Part shown: positions 45,429-54,764 of the stretch, one piece after another
How positions within the stretch are numbered: position 1 is the first letter of the stretch
How the letters are laid out: every line of letters begins with the position of its first letter
Origin: a virus
Lineage: Duplodnaviria > Caudoviricetes
Direction: 5' to 3' (one strand)
Length of the DNA: 64,000 nucleotides
IMG/VR virus record: IMGVR_UViG_3300037808_001421
Location: 1,483-65,482 of that record
Position numbers and translations under genes: made by a program
The notes under the pieces: model-generated
Databases searched by the model: none
Seen by the model: the letters and a program-made list of their open reading frames with translations, nothing else
What the model was told of the DNA's origin: nothing

Positions 45429-46063
45429 TCATGAAGACATCAAACGAACTGGATATCTTCGAAGCGCAGCTCGAGGAGTTGTCCTTCGACCTCGAGGACG
45501 GCCCGACCAAGCTGGCGGCGCTGGAGAAGGCGGCGTTCAGCCCGCGCGCTTCCCAGGCGATGACCTCCATCGGTATTGGTGCGGCCACCACGCTCGGCAG
45601 CGCGCTGGGCGGGACCGTCATCAACTCCATCCGCAGCGCGATGACCAAGGGCAAGAACTACAAGGGCATGCTCGATGTGAACCCGGACCTAGGGAAGAAA
45701 GACTCCAAGCAGGTTCAGCTGGCGTTCAACACGCTATCCAGGTTCAACCCGCACTATGCGTCGGACCCTTCTGTCGCCGGCGCCTACGTGCGGCAGCAGC
45801 TGGACATGGAGCGGGTAGACCTCAACAGCATCAACTCGCTGGTTGCTGCGAACAAGAGCATCAGTGGAGGTCAGCGCCCCACCTTCGACCCGGCAGGGTG
45901 GCACCAGACTGGTTCGAACCTTCTGGGGAACGTGCAGTCCGAGGGTGACCGGCTGCGCTCTCACATGGCGGACGCGAAGTCTCGAGCGGAGTACGAAGCG
46001 TACCGCAGGGGTTCAACGAAGGGCCCTGATGCAAGTGAGCTCAAGCGAGCCTTCGGCGGCTGA
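45425..46063 (+). CDS. Putative virion protein with acidic leader ending KLAALEKAA and a Gly-rich helix
   Basis: ORF track; motif content. Confidence 0.7.
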   Translation: MIMKTSNELDIFEAQLEELSFDLEDGPTKLAALEKAAFSPRASQAMTSIGIGAATTLGSALGGTVINSIRSAMTKGKNYKGMLDVNPDLGKKDSKQVQLAFNTLSRFNPHYASDPSVAGAYVRQQLDMERVDLNSINSLVAANKSISGGQRPTFDPAGWHQTGSNLLGNVQSEGDRLRSHMADAKSRAEYEAYRRGSTKGPDASELKRAFGG

Positions 46064-48621
46064 TGCTCACGAAGCTCGCCACGTTCTCAGGCGTCTCTCC
46101 CCAAACGGGGGAGCCGCTCGTCCAAATGTTCCGGCAAGGTGCATCGGTGGAGAAGACCGCCGGCCAAATGTCTCCGGACATCAAGGACTGGCTGAGCACG
46201 TACAAGTCTGACAAGGAGAACGTCCCCCTTCTCGTCAACGCGATGGGCGACTCGCGTATCTGGGGTCAGAACCGAAACGGTGACAACTTCTTCTGGCCGG
46301 CACTGTCCCACGACTGTCGCTGTCACGATCCTTCCAAGCATTCGATCGACAAGTTCACTGGAAAGCGCATCCCGGCGCACGGGTACTGGACCTTCCTCAT
46401 GGCGCACCCGTTCGTGCACCATAAGAACAAAGACCCGGGGCGTGCGTTCGGCAAGGTGGCGGTATCTACGCTCAACCCGTTGATGAAGCGCGTTGAGCTC
46501 GTAGTTCTCATCAACAGGCAACGTGCGGAGCAGTACGAGGCCGGTGAGTTCGTCGCGCGCATCGACCAGGGCGAGTTCCCGGATGTGTCGATGGGGACCA
46601 AGATCCCTTACGACACATGCTTGATTTGCGGCAACAAGTCGCGAACCAAGAAGGACTACTGCGAGTGCCTCAAGAAGTGGCGCATGGGGGCCATTCTCCC
46701 CGACGGCCGCATCGTAGGCGTAGACAACCCGCACCCGAGGTTCTTCGACATCAGCTTCGTGTTCATCGGCGCTGACAAGACCGCCAAGGTGATGACGAAG
46801 CTTGCTTCAGACTCGGGCCTTTGGGTGCCTGAATCCGTTGTTGATGCCGAACGGCTGTACGGTCCAGAGGAGAGTCTTGTGAAAACTGCAGGCGTCGGCA
46901 TGACCAATGAAGACTTTCTTCGTTTCTTCATGGGCAGTAAGGCTGCGAAGAAGGGCGTAGGCCGCTCTCTCGGTACGCACGGACGTACGGATGAGGCCAT
47001 AGACAAAGACGAGCCCTCACGGAACGAAGGCGTTCTACCTACCAACTACACGGAACATGACACTGTCGTGAGCAACGAAGCTCGAGAGAAAGAAGCAGCC
47101 GCGAAGCTCCAAGCCCCTCCGCACAGGGATAGGTATCCGTACGCAGGTCGTATGAAGTTCCGGGGTATGACTATCAACATCGAGAACGCGAAGGGTACTT
47201 GGCGCACGGGTGAAGGTTGGAAGACCTTTATGAAGTTCCCGTACGGTGAGATCGATGGCTCGATGGGCAGCGACGGTGATCCTGTTGATGCGTACATAGG
47301 TCCTGATGCCTCTGTTGAGAACGTGTACATCGTTCACCAGAACCACGTCGCAGGCCCCAACAAAGGTACCTACGACGAAGACAAGTGCATGCTGGGCTTC
47401 AAGACCGCGAAGCAGGCAGAGAAGGCATACAAGGGTCAGTACACTGGCGTTGATCCCTTCCGTTCTATCACCACCATGAAGGTCGACGCTTTCAAGAAGC
47501 TGGTCTTCAGTAAAGAGGGAGTAGGTGAGAAGTTGGCTGGCTGTGCAGAGGACCCCTGTAGCGGCGCTCCCGACACAGCGGGTGACGTCCTCGATGAGTA
47601 CTTCAACTACGGTAACCGTCGGCGTCACCGTAGGTTTACAGACAAGGTCACCAACGAGAGTACTACCCACGTAGGTTCGGGCTTAGGTGACACGTTTGAA
47701 GACGATGGCGCCGTACGCATGAAGACCAAGACTGCGGGCGTGAAGGACGCTGCGTGGAAGTTGGCGGAAATCAAGAAGGTCATCCCTGCGGATAAGGTCA
47801 TGCCTAAGGTCGTTGAGAAGCTGGACGCCCGCGAAAAGGACATCCCCAAGGACATCCTGGATATCCTAGGTAAGCTTCCACTTCCCGTGAGCCTATCCAC
47901 GCCCTCCGCAATGGGCATCGTCCTGCGCCCCAAGGAGTTCCAACGAGTCGTACTCGTGCGGATGGGCAAGGGTGACGTAGCAGACAAGCTCGACTCTGAC
48001 TGCAGCTGCTTCAAAGAGGGGGACGGGAAGCTGCCTCTCACTGGTGGCTTGGGTTATCCGGCTTTCAGCGCGGCGTTGATGCGGATGCTTCTACCATTCC
48101 TGGAGAACCGTTCGTTCATAGAGCCTGTTCTGAAGCGCCGCATCATTCGAATCTCGGTAACGGCCCCTGAGAAAAAGGAAGAGAAGGATGCAGATTCACC
48201 TCTTCTAACCAAGATAAGTAGTGCCTACAATTGGTACAGAAGCGAATGTCTCTCCGCGGCCAAACACGCACCGTATGCCATCAAGGAACACCCCGAACTG
48301 CAGTTGGCAGTACTGGGTCCTATGGCCGACGACTTCACCAAAAACGCCAGCGCGCAGGAAGCCGCGATGGGCGCGGCTATCGCTTCCATCCCCATTGCTC
48401 TGATGTATGCTTCCAGTCTGAAGCGGGCCAAGAATCAAGGACAAGCGATGGGAGCTATCAAAAGCTTCATCGCGGATCACCCAAAGCTTACAGCAATGGG
48501 AACCTCGGTAATGGCTCGAGAGCTAATGGAACACCCAGCCGTCAACAAAGCGGTCTCCGACGTGGCTTCGCGGTCACTCAAATCGGTGGCACGCTTCGTT
48601 GCACAAGCAGCCGGGGCATGA
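46063..48621 (+). CDS. Prohead-protease-like polyprotein with inserted InPase-like domain
   Basis: NRNGDNF, FVHH, DVSMG (candidate catalytic Ser), CLICG..C, FFDISFV; InPase-like IENAKG...YGEI..S.G.DGDPVD..DEDKCMLGF; position upstream of scaffold-like and capsid genes. Confidence 0.7.
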   Translation: MLTKLATFSGVSPQTGEPLVQMFRQGASVEKTAGQMSPDIKDWLSTYKSDKENVPLLVNAMGDSRIWGQNRNGDNFFWPALSHDCRCHDPSKHSIDKFTGKRIPAHGYWTFLMAHPFVHHKNKDPGRAFGKVAVSTLNPLMKRVELVVLINRQRAEQYEAGEFVARIDQGEFPDVSMGTKIPYDTCLICGNKSRTKKDYCECLKKWRMGAILPDGRIVGVDNPHPRFFDISFVFIGADKTAKVMTKLASDSGLWVPESVVDAERLYGPEESLVKTAGVGMTNEDFLRFFMGSKAAKKGVGRSLGTHGRTDEAIDKDEPSRNEGVLPTNYTEHDTVVSNEAREKEAAAKLQAPPHRDRYPYAGRMKFRGMTINIENAKGTWRTGEGWKTFMKFPYGEIDGSMGSDGDPVDAYIGPDASVENVYIVHQNHVAGPNKGTYDEDKCMLGFKTAKQAEKAYKGQYTGVDPFRSITTMKVDAFKKLVFSKEGVGEKLAGCAEDPCSGAPDTAGDVLDEYFNYGNRRRHRRFTDKVTNESTTHVGSGLGDTFEDDGAVRMKTKTAGVKDAAWKLAEIKKVIPADKVMPKVVEKLDAREKDIPKDILDILGKLPLPVSLSTPSAMGIVLRPKEFQRVVLVRMGKGDVADKLDSDCSCFKEGDGKLPLTGGLGYPAFSAALMRMLLPFLENRSFIEPVLKRRIIRISVTAPEKKEEKDADSPLLTKISSAYNWYRSECLSAAKHAPYAIKEHPELQLAVLGPMADDFTKNASAQEAAMGAAIASIPIALMYASSLKRAKNQGQAMGAIKSFIADHPKLTAMGTSVMARELMEHPAVNKAVSDVASRSLKSVARFVAQAAGA

Positions 48622-48687
48622 GAGGTCCGCAACCTTGATGAAATGCCACGCCGAACAACTCAAATCACGCCCTCGTAGGAGTCAATC

Positions 48688-49275
48688 ATGGACGAGTTCC
48701 TAGCGGACCTCTTTGACACGTCAAACAACATCTCGTCGCTCTCAGGCGGTCAGCCCGCTGAAGACCTCGAGAAGCTCGCCCAAGCACACCTCATGAGTGA
48801 GATGCTTGCGGCCGACGGTTTCGACGTCAACAAACTCACCGATGACACAGTCGCCAAAGTCGCGTCTGTGTTGGGCTTCCAAGCGGCGCCGGCGCCCACG
48901 GCGCCCGCACCTGCGGCAGCGCCGACGGAGAAGGTCGCATCGACCGAAGAGCTCCTTACTGCCGCAGGTAAAGAGAAGGTTGCGGAAGCGCAGGCTCTCG
49001 GCAAGGTCATCGCGCATTCGTACGTCAGAGAGCTCGCTGAGCTGAACCAGAAGACGGCTGCCGCAGAAGCTGCCTCGGCTCCGGCAGCTCCCGCCGCCAA
49101 TGGTGCGCTCGAGAAGCTGGCCGAGGCCCGCCTCGCTGCGTGGATTCAGGAGCAGCAGGCTGCGCAACCCGCCGCCGCGCCTGCCGATGAGACCACCAAG
49201 CTAGCCGAGGCTATCGATCAGCGCGCCTACCAGATCGCGGTCGAGCGCGGAATCATCGTGGAGGAAGGGCAGTAG
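48688..49275 (+). CDS. Scaffold-like Ala-rich protein with seven K-x-A motifs
   Basis: EKLAQ, AKVAS, EKVAS, EKVAE, QKTAA, EKLAE, TKLAE; AGGAG RBS. Confidence 0.7.
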   Translation: MDEFLADLFDTSNNISSLSGGQPAEDLEKLAQAHLMSEMLAADGFDVNKLTDDTVAKVASVLGFQAAPAPTAPAPAAAPTEKVASTEELLTAAGKEKVAEAQALGKVIAHSYVRELAELNQKTAAAEAASAPAAPAANGALEKLAEARLAAWIQEQQAAQPAAAPADETTKLAEAIDQRAYQIAVERGIIVEEGQ

Positions 49276-49300
49276 AACTCCCTTCTAGGGTCCTCAAGGA

Positions 49301-49540
49301 ATGAACTCTGTGATGCTGGCTTCGTTTGAACAAGAGCTCGAGAAGATCGGGGCGAATATCGCGCTCGGTAATCCCGCAGCCTTGGCGAAGCCAGTGCCGC
49401 TTGTTTCTTCTAAGGGGCCCTCGCCTACGGCAACCTCGAAAGCGACCAACTACACGACTGTCCATACAGATGCGCGGCCTGCGGCGGCCAATGTAGCTGC
49501 AGGGACTAAGGCCACGCCGCCCCCGGCAGTCAGAACCTAG
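49301..49540 (+). CDS. Small protein with SFEQELEKIG leader
   Basis: MNSVMLASFEQELEKIGA, then a P/T/A-rich tail. Confidence 0.7.
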   Translation: MNSVMLASFEQELEKIGANIALGNPAALAKPVPLVSSKGPSPTATSKATNYTTVHTDARPAAANVAAGTKATPPPAVRT

Positions 49541-49547
49541 GAGATCC

Positions 49548-50861
49548 ATGAGCACCCTAATGGACATGTTGAACGACTGCATCTCAGAGTCGATGTCTCA
49601 GCTGAGTGACCCCTCAGGCATGAGCAAGACTGCGGGTAAAGAGTGCGCCAAGTGCGAGCACGACAACTGCCCCGAAGGCTGCCCCAAGGGCTGCTCCTGC
49701 AAGCCTTTCGCTGACACAGGAAAGACCTCGAGCGTAGATCTTAGTGATCCGCTCAGCGTTGCGGATATGTGCGATTTCGTTGCGGATAATCTCGAGAAGG
49801 TCGCTGGCGACCCGCCGATGAACCCGCCGATGGACGCAGGTATCGCACCGGGTGGTCCCGGCAGCGCGATGGCGACCAACGAAGTTCCCGACAAGCCCCC
49901 GCTTCCGGACGCTGGTGGTATGGGTCAGGCCAGCGGCGCCAACCAGCCTCCGAAGCGGACAGATGCTACGGAGAAGGCCAACGTCAACGACGCAGCCAAC
50001 GCTTTCCCGACCAACCTGGACTCTGCTCCAGGCGGCACGACCAAAATGTCCTCGGTCCTCGACCTGTTCGCAGCCGGCCATCTCGAGAAGACTTCGGTCC
50101 TCGAGCTCTTCGCCAAAGAAGCTGCCAACGCCGAGCACCCTGCCAGCATCAGCGCGGGCACGGAGCCAGAGCTTCAGTCCGCCGCCGCCGCCAACTCGGC
50201 AGTGAGCCAGGGCACCGAAGCTGGTGAGCAGGTTCCTTCCGAGATGGGTAGCGACTCAGGTCGGGAGCTCATCGGTTCAAACGACTCGGCTATCAACGCC
50301 AGTAAGCAGCAGGCCAAGACCAGAACGGTCAAAGCGGATATGGCTGCTTGCCTCTCGGAGACGCCGATGTCGGCGTCGCACGATTCCGCTCTCAATAAGT
50401 CGCTCGAGAACACCTCCGAAGCGGGTGTGAAGATTGCTGCGGCTCGACAACAACTGCAGGAGTTCGCCAACGCGTCTCCAGAGAACCGTGCCAAATTGGC
50501 TGAGGCGGTGAAAATCGCCTTGGACGAGGAAGAGGAAGAAGTACCTCCGGGAAAGAAACTTCCCGGTGGCGAAGCTCCCCCTCCCGAAGCTATGGCGCCA
50601 CCCCCACCCGGAATGCCCATGGGAGAAGCGCCGCCGCGCCTGCCGATGATGGTTCCGGGCCAGGAGCCTGAGATGGTTCCGGGGATGGCTGGTCCCTCTG
50701 AAGAAGCGCTGGCAGCAGCCCAGTCCGGGGTTACGCCAGAAGAACTGGCCGAAGCCATGGTACTGATGGCATCCGCGGCACCGCCCCCGGCCCCCGAGCC
50801 GATGGCACCGCCGATGATGCCTGGTGGAGCTCCTCCGGTACCGGCAGCACCGGCAGCCTAA
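49548..50861 (+). CDS. Low-complexity scaffold/core-like protein with Pro/Met-rich C-terminus
   Basis: SKTAG, EKVAG, AKEAA, VKIAA, AKLAE; internal repeat SVL(D/E)LFA. Confidence 0.7.
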   Translation: MSTLMDMLNDCISESMSQLSDPSGMSKTAGKECAKCEHDNCPEGCPKGCSCKPFADTGKTSSVDLSDPLSVADMCDFVADNLEKVAGDPPMNPPMDAGIAPGGPGSAMATNEVPDKPPLPDAGGMGQASGANQPPKRTDATEKANVNDAANAFPTNLDSAPGGTTKMSSVLDLFAAGHLEKTSVLELFAKEAANAEHPASISAGTEPELQSAAAANSAVSQGTEAGEQVPSEMGSDSGRELIGSNDSAINASKQQAKTRTVKADMAACLSETPMSASHDSALNKSLENTSEAGVKIAAARQQLQEFANASPENRAKLAEAVKIALDEEEEEVPPGKKLPGGEAPPPEAMAPPPPGMPMGEAPPRLPMMVPGQEPEMVPGMAGPSEEALAAAQSGVTPEELAEAMVLMASAAPPPAPEPMAPPMMPGGAPPVPAAPAA

Positions 50862-50879
50862 AGAGGAAAAGAGAACATC

Positions 50880-51260
50880 ATGGAAAAGCTCAGCCAGACC
50901 AAGACGGCCTCCTTTCTGAAGCAGGCCGCGGCTACGATTCGTAGTCAGAAGGAAGACAACGACACGTTGTCCGCCGAGAACTCCGATCTTCGTGAGAAGA
51001 TTGCGGGTTTCGAACGCGAGCAGCGTGTCGAGGCTATCGCTCGGGACATGGAGGACAAGGGGTTGAACGACGCCTTGGACTTCAATGAGAAGGTCGCTTC
51101 TCTCCGAGAGCAGGACAACCTCGATGTCATGGAGGAAGCGGTCAAGGTCGCATCTCCCCAGACGCCGGGCCTGCACTTCCAGACCGACGACGACGCACCC
51201 GCTGGTTCCGGTGCAAGCGCTTTCGAAACCTTCATCGTGACCGGAGAGGTCCCGCAGTAG
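50880..51260 (+). CDS. Coiled-coil scaffold-like protein
   Basis: TKTAS, LKQAA, EKIAG, EKVAS, VKVAS; just upstream of the decoration/capsid genes. Confidence 0.7.
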   Translation: MEKLSQTKTASFLKQAAATIRSQKEDNDTLSAENSDLREKIAGFEREQRVEAIARDMEDKGLNDALDFNEKVASLREQDNLDVMEEAVKVASPQTPGLHFQTDDDAPAGSGASAFETFIVTGEVPQ

Positions 51261-51302
51261 AGCTCGGAAGTTCGAGTACTCAACCCAAGCTAGGAGATAC
51301 CT

Positions 51303-51833
51303 ATGTCCCTCGGAGCACACTTCGACCTGATCACGCCCTTCCAGATGTTGGACCGGCGTTCCATGACCGTTGCTGGTGGCGCGGATGGCAACATCCTCGA
51401 CCCCGACAACGCCCGCCCGCTCATCGACGGTGAGTGGCTTCAGCCGGATGGCCTCGGCGCCATGGTCCGCGGTGGCACTGGCCACGCGACCAACGACGAG
51501 CCCGCCACCGTGCCTCAGTACGTCTACGTCGCCGAACGTGGTCGCTACGAGACGCAGGGTCTCGGCAAGGGTCCTTTCCTGTGGATCGGTGACTTCGAAG
51601 CCGACACGCTGGTCTGGGCAGGCGCCCCCGGCACGACTTCAGAGAACCCGCCGACTACGGTCGGTCAGCCTCTCGAGGTCCGCAACGTGGTGTTCACCGG
51701 CGGTATCATCCGTCGCGGCTTCGCGCTGTGTCAGTCCGGCAGCTTCGTGGTCGGTTTCGTGACCCGCCTCCCGGCGAACAACGCCAACCGGCTGCGCTTC
51801 AGCACCAAGGGCGCGGGTGGCATCCTGGCGTAA
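51303..51833 (+). CDS. Putative capsid decoration/cement protein
   Basis: Beta-rich, immediately upstream of the capsid gene; AGGAG RBS. Confidence 0.55.
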   Translation: MSLGAHFDLITPFQMLDRRSMTVAGGADGNILDPDNARPLIDGEWLQPDGLGAMVRGGTGHATNDEPATVPQYVYVAERGRYETQGLGKGPFLWIGDFEADTLVWAGAPGTTSENPPTTVGQPLEVRNVVFTGGIIRRGFALCQSGSFVVGFVTRLPANNANRLRFSTKGAGGILA

Positions 51834-51882
51834 GCCTCGGCTTACCTAAGGAAGCACCAAAAGGACCAAAGGAGAATTAGAG

Positions 51883-53007
51883 ATGAGTGCAATTGCAGCC
51901 ACCGTCGAAATGTTCTGTCAGCGACTCGACGAGCCCGACGGAAAGACCAAAACAGCAGCCCTGGCGGGCCCCTGGATTCGCGACCGACTTCGCGAAGTGG
52001 CGTTCAGCCGCAACATCATTCCGCCGGACCCGGTGACCAAGGCCGACTGCCAGCGTTCCGTGAATCACGACACCCTCGTGAAGATCGTGGACGTCGAGCC
52101 CCGCTCGCGCGCCATGGCCATCGACTTCCGTTCCCAGCCCACGGCTCGCTTCATCAGCGCACCGCGTGCTGAGATTCCGTTCTTCACGGTTTCGTCCGAG
52201 AAGTACGAGAAGACGGAGCAGGAGCTTCTCGCCTACGAGATGCCCATCACGAAGATCATCGAAGAGAACAACGTGAAGGACATCCAGGAGGTCGAGGACC
52301 GCGAGTTCCTGCGGCATGGCGAGGCCAGCGTCCAGGGTCTGCAGACGGACACGAATGCCACGGTGGGCGTGAACTTCAACGCCACGAACATCCGCGCCGG
52401 CAATGTGAACGCGCAGCAGATTTCGATCGTCAAGGGTGAGCTCGCGCTCGCCGCCGACGGCATCGACTTCACTGTTCGTCCGCTCCAGCGTCCGGACCTC
52501 GTGTCGCTGTTCAAGCTGCTCGACGGCAACCGCCTGCGCGCTGACCGGATGCTGATGACGGAAGTCGACCACGACGACGTCCTCAACTGGACCGTCGAAG
52601 ACTTCGGCGACAAGATCCAGTCGGAGACGGTGGTCGACGGCTACAAGTACAACACCCTTCTGGGTCGTCGGGTGGTTCGTACCATCAAGACCGACATCCT
52701 GCGGGCGGGCAACTTGTACATCTTCGCGGCGCCGCAGTTCCTCGGGAAGTTCTACATCCTGAACAACACCAAGTTCTACATCGACAAGATCGCGAACTTG
52801 ATCACGTGGCAGTCCTGGGAAGACATCGCCATGGGCTTCGTGAACATCGCGGCCATCAGGAAGCTCGAGCTCTACCGAGGGTCCGTCCGTCCCACGGCGA
52901 CCGACGCCGGTTTCGCAGCCTTGCTGCCGGTCGAGGAAGAGGACCTGGGCGCGGAGAACAACCGCGTCACGGCCAACCTGCACTTCCCGCAGGTCGCTCA
53001 GTTCTAA
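51883..53007 (+). CDS. Major capsid protein (HK97-fold)
   Basis: 374 aa; strongly C-ending codons; IRDRLRE..F.R.IIPP; DIQEVEDREFL; strong RBS; followed by a hairpin. Confidence 0.8.
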   Translation: MSAIAATVEMFCQRLDEPDGKTKTAALAGPWIRDRLREVAFSRNIIPPDPVTKADCQRSVNHDTLVKIVDVEPRSRAMAIDFRSQPTARFISAPRAEIPFFTVSSEKYEKTEQELLAYEMPITKIIEENNVKDIQEVEDREFLRHGEASVQGLQTDTNATVGVNFNATNIRAGNVNAQQISIVKGELALAADGIDFTVRPLQRPDLVSLFKLLDGNRLRADRMLMTEVDHDDVLNWTVEDFGDKIQSETVVDGYKYNTLLGRRVVRTIKTDILRAGNLYIFAAPQFLGKFYILNNTKFYIDKIANLITWQSWEDIAMGFVNIAAIRKLELYRGSVRPTATDAGFAALLPVEEEDLGAENNRVTANLHFPQVAQF

Positions 53008-53022
53008 GCAACCCACTGGGGT

Positions 53023-53061
53023 CTAGCACCTGGCTTTTCAATACGCATAGCCAGGTGCTAG
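53023..53061 (+). terminator. 13-bp stem-loop after the major capsid gene
   Basis: CTAGCACCTGGCT...AGCCAGGTGCTAG. Confidence 0.65.
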
Positions 53062-53082
53062 TCTCTCGGTATCGAGAAGCAC

Positions 53083-53886
53083 ATGGATACGCTGTTCATC
53101 AAACACCTGCAGCGCAGAGCTGCAACAAGAACACAGCGTGCTGCTCGACGAGGTGGCCATCGTCTAGGAATCATCTTGGACGACGGGTCTCGTATCCGCC
53201 GGAAGGGTCGTAACCGCACGACCCCTATCGACTTCGCACTCGCAGTACAAAACAGCTACACGCTTCTCAAAGGTATAGACGATGGTCTGCTGGCCATCCA
53301 AAACGCCGCTGGTGAAGTCTTCTCTCGTGACAACCTCGTTGCCCTGTTCGCAGGGACGGCAGAGGCGCCCGCGGTAGAGACTGAGCCTGAAGTAGAGCCT
53401 GTCCCCGAACCCTCCCCGGACCCCGAGCCTGAAGCGGAGACTCCTGAAGAGGAGACTCCTGCCGAAGAGCCCGAGCCTGAGCCTGAAGCAGAAACTACGG
53501 ATGACGTAGAGCCTGTTGCGGACCCAGAGCCCGTCGAGGAGCCCGAGCCCGAAGCAGAGACGCCTGAAGAGGTTGAACCTGCTGAAGAGCCCGAGCCCGA
53601 AGCGGAAGCCGAGGAGCCCCCTTCTGAGGAAGAGCCCGAAGAGCCCGAAGCAGAGGAAGAGGCACCGGAAGAGCCGGCGCTGTACGGGGACGTGGACATC
53701 ACCAATTCCGTTCTGGTGCCCGAAGAAGAGGATGGTGTCAGCGAACCTGAAGAGTCGACCCGCGCGGACGAGCTCACGGTCATGAGTCGAACAGCACTCA
53801 ACAAGCTGGCGAAGAAAGCGGACATCAAGTTTCGCGGCGTCAAGAAGGACGACCTGGTTGTTCTTCTCGTCGAGGCGGGTGCCTGA
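53083..53886 (+). CDS. Protein with long acidic Glu/Pro linker and C-terminal Rho-N-like domain
   Basis: EPEPEAE repeats; ELTVMSRTALNKLAKKADIK...KKDDLV. Confidence 0.75.
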   Translation: MDTLFIKHLQRRAATRTQRAARRGGHRLGIILDDGSRIRRKGRNRTTPIDFALAVQNSYTLLKGIDDGLLAIQNAAGEVFSRDNLVALFAGTAEAPAVETEPEVEPVPEPSPDPEPEAETPEEETPAEEPEPEPEAETTDDVEPVADPEPVEEPEPEAETPEEVEPAEEPEPEAEAEEPPSEEEPEEPEAEEEAPEEPALYGDVDITNSVLVPEEEDGVSEPEESTRADELTVMSRTALNKLAKKADIKFRGVKKDDLVVLLVEAGA

Positions 53887-54272
53887 TGCCAAGAGCTTGG
53901 AATATCTCAGATCATCCGGGAGGCCCATTTGCGCCCGCAGCCATCATGGTTGTGGGGTACACGGTCCTTCCAGGACGTTTCATAGACATCCCGCAGGTTT
54001 TGTACGACGCAGCTGAGTCTAAGCTTCTCGACGACGTGGGCCGTGGGCTCATAGCGTTCGGGCAGCAGGCGCCTCTTTCTTACCGGCAGGCCAAAGGGCA
54101 GACGCACGCCCCGAAGCCCGCAGGGTACGTGCCTAGCCATGCTAGGCCGAAAAAGAAGAAGGTGGCGAAGGTGAAGCCAGACAAGCCGCTTTCTCCACCG
54201 GGCACTGCCCCACAGGCTGAAGTTCAGAAGTCGTCAAGGTCAACAAGGGTACGTCGAGCAAGTGAGGGGTAA
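53886..54272 (+). CDS. Hypothetical basic protein
   Basis: ORF track; start coupled to the previous stop. Confidence 0.65.
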   Translation: MPRAWNISDHPGGPFAPAAIMVVGYTVLPGRFIDIPQVLYDAAESKLLDDVGRGLIAFGQQAPLSYRQAKGQTHAPKPAGYVPSHARPKKKKVAKVKPDKPLSPPGTAPQAEVQKSSRSTRVRRASEG

Positions 54273-54764
54273 ATGGCACTAGTCGCTGACATCAATGACC
54301 CGCTCATTGTCCAGGTCATCGGCTACACCCGTTTTGCCCTTCGTGACTTCGAAGAGCTCAACAGGTTGACCGTAGGCGTCGACCACTCTGACCGGCACAT
54401 CTACTGGGCCATCCTCATGACACTGTCAGACTGGGCGTCCACGCCGCCGTTTGTCGGGGCAAACTTCCAGTACATCATGAACCACGGCTGGATTGCGCTG
54501 TTCGTCCGTGGCGTGATGTGCGAGCTCATCCAGTCGCTGATGTTCTTACACATGCGGAACTACCTGTCCTACTCGGACGGTGGCGTTCCCGTGCAGACTG
54601 AGCATCCGCAGCTTCTCCAGTCCTCTCTCACCATGATGCGTTCTATCTATGAGCAGCAGAAGCTACGTGCTTTGGTTGCGGCCAACATCGAAGACGCGTT
54701 CAACGCTGGCATTGGTATACATAGTGAATATGTACACGTGAACAGCTTCTACGGAGCCATCTGA
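54273..54764 (+). CDS. Putative head-tail adaptor/neck protein
   Basis: Helical; RNYLSYSDGG; position after the capsid gene. Confidence 0.55.
   Translation: MALVADINDPLIVQVIGYTRFALRDFEELNRLTVGVDHSDRHIYWAILMTLSDWASTPPFVGANFQYIMNHGWIALFVRGVMCELIQSLMFLHMRNYLSYSDGGVPVQTEHPQLLQSSLTMMRSIYEQQKLRALVAANIEDAFNAGIGIHSEYVHVNSFYGAI

Noticed and set aside
50277-53016. Long antisense ORFs (50277-51485, 51877-53016 and similar)
   Set aside because: Shadow frames of strongly codon-biased sense genes, with no recognisable motifs.
53370-53680. GAGCCCGAGCCC-type repeats as a CRISPR or DNA-level repeat array
   Set aside because: They are imperfect and explained by the Glu/Pro low-complexity protein linker.
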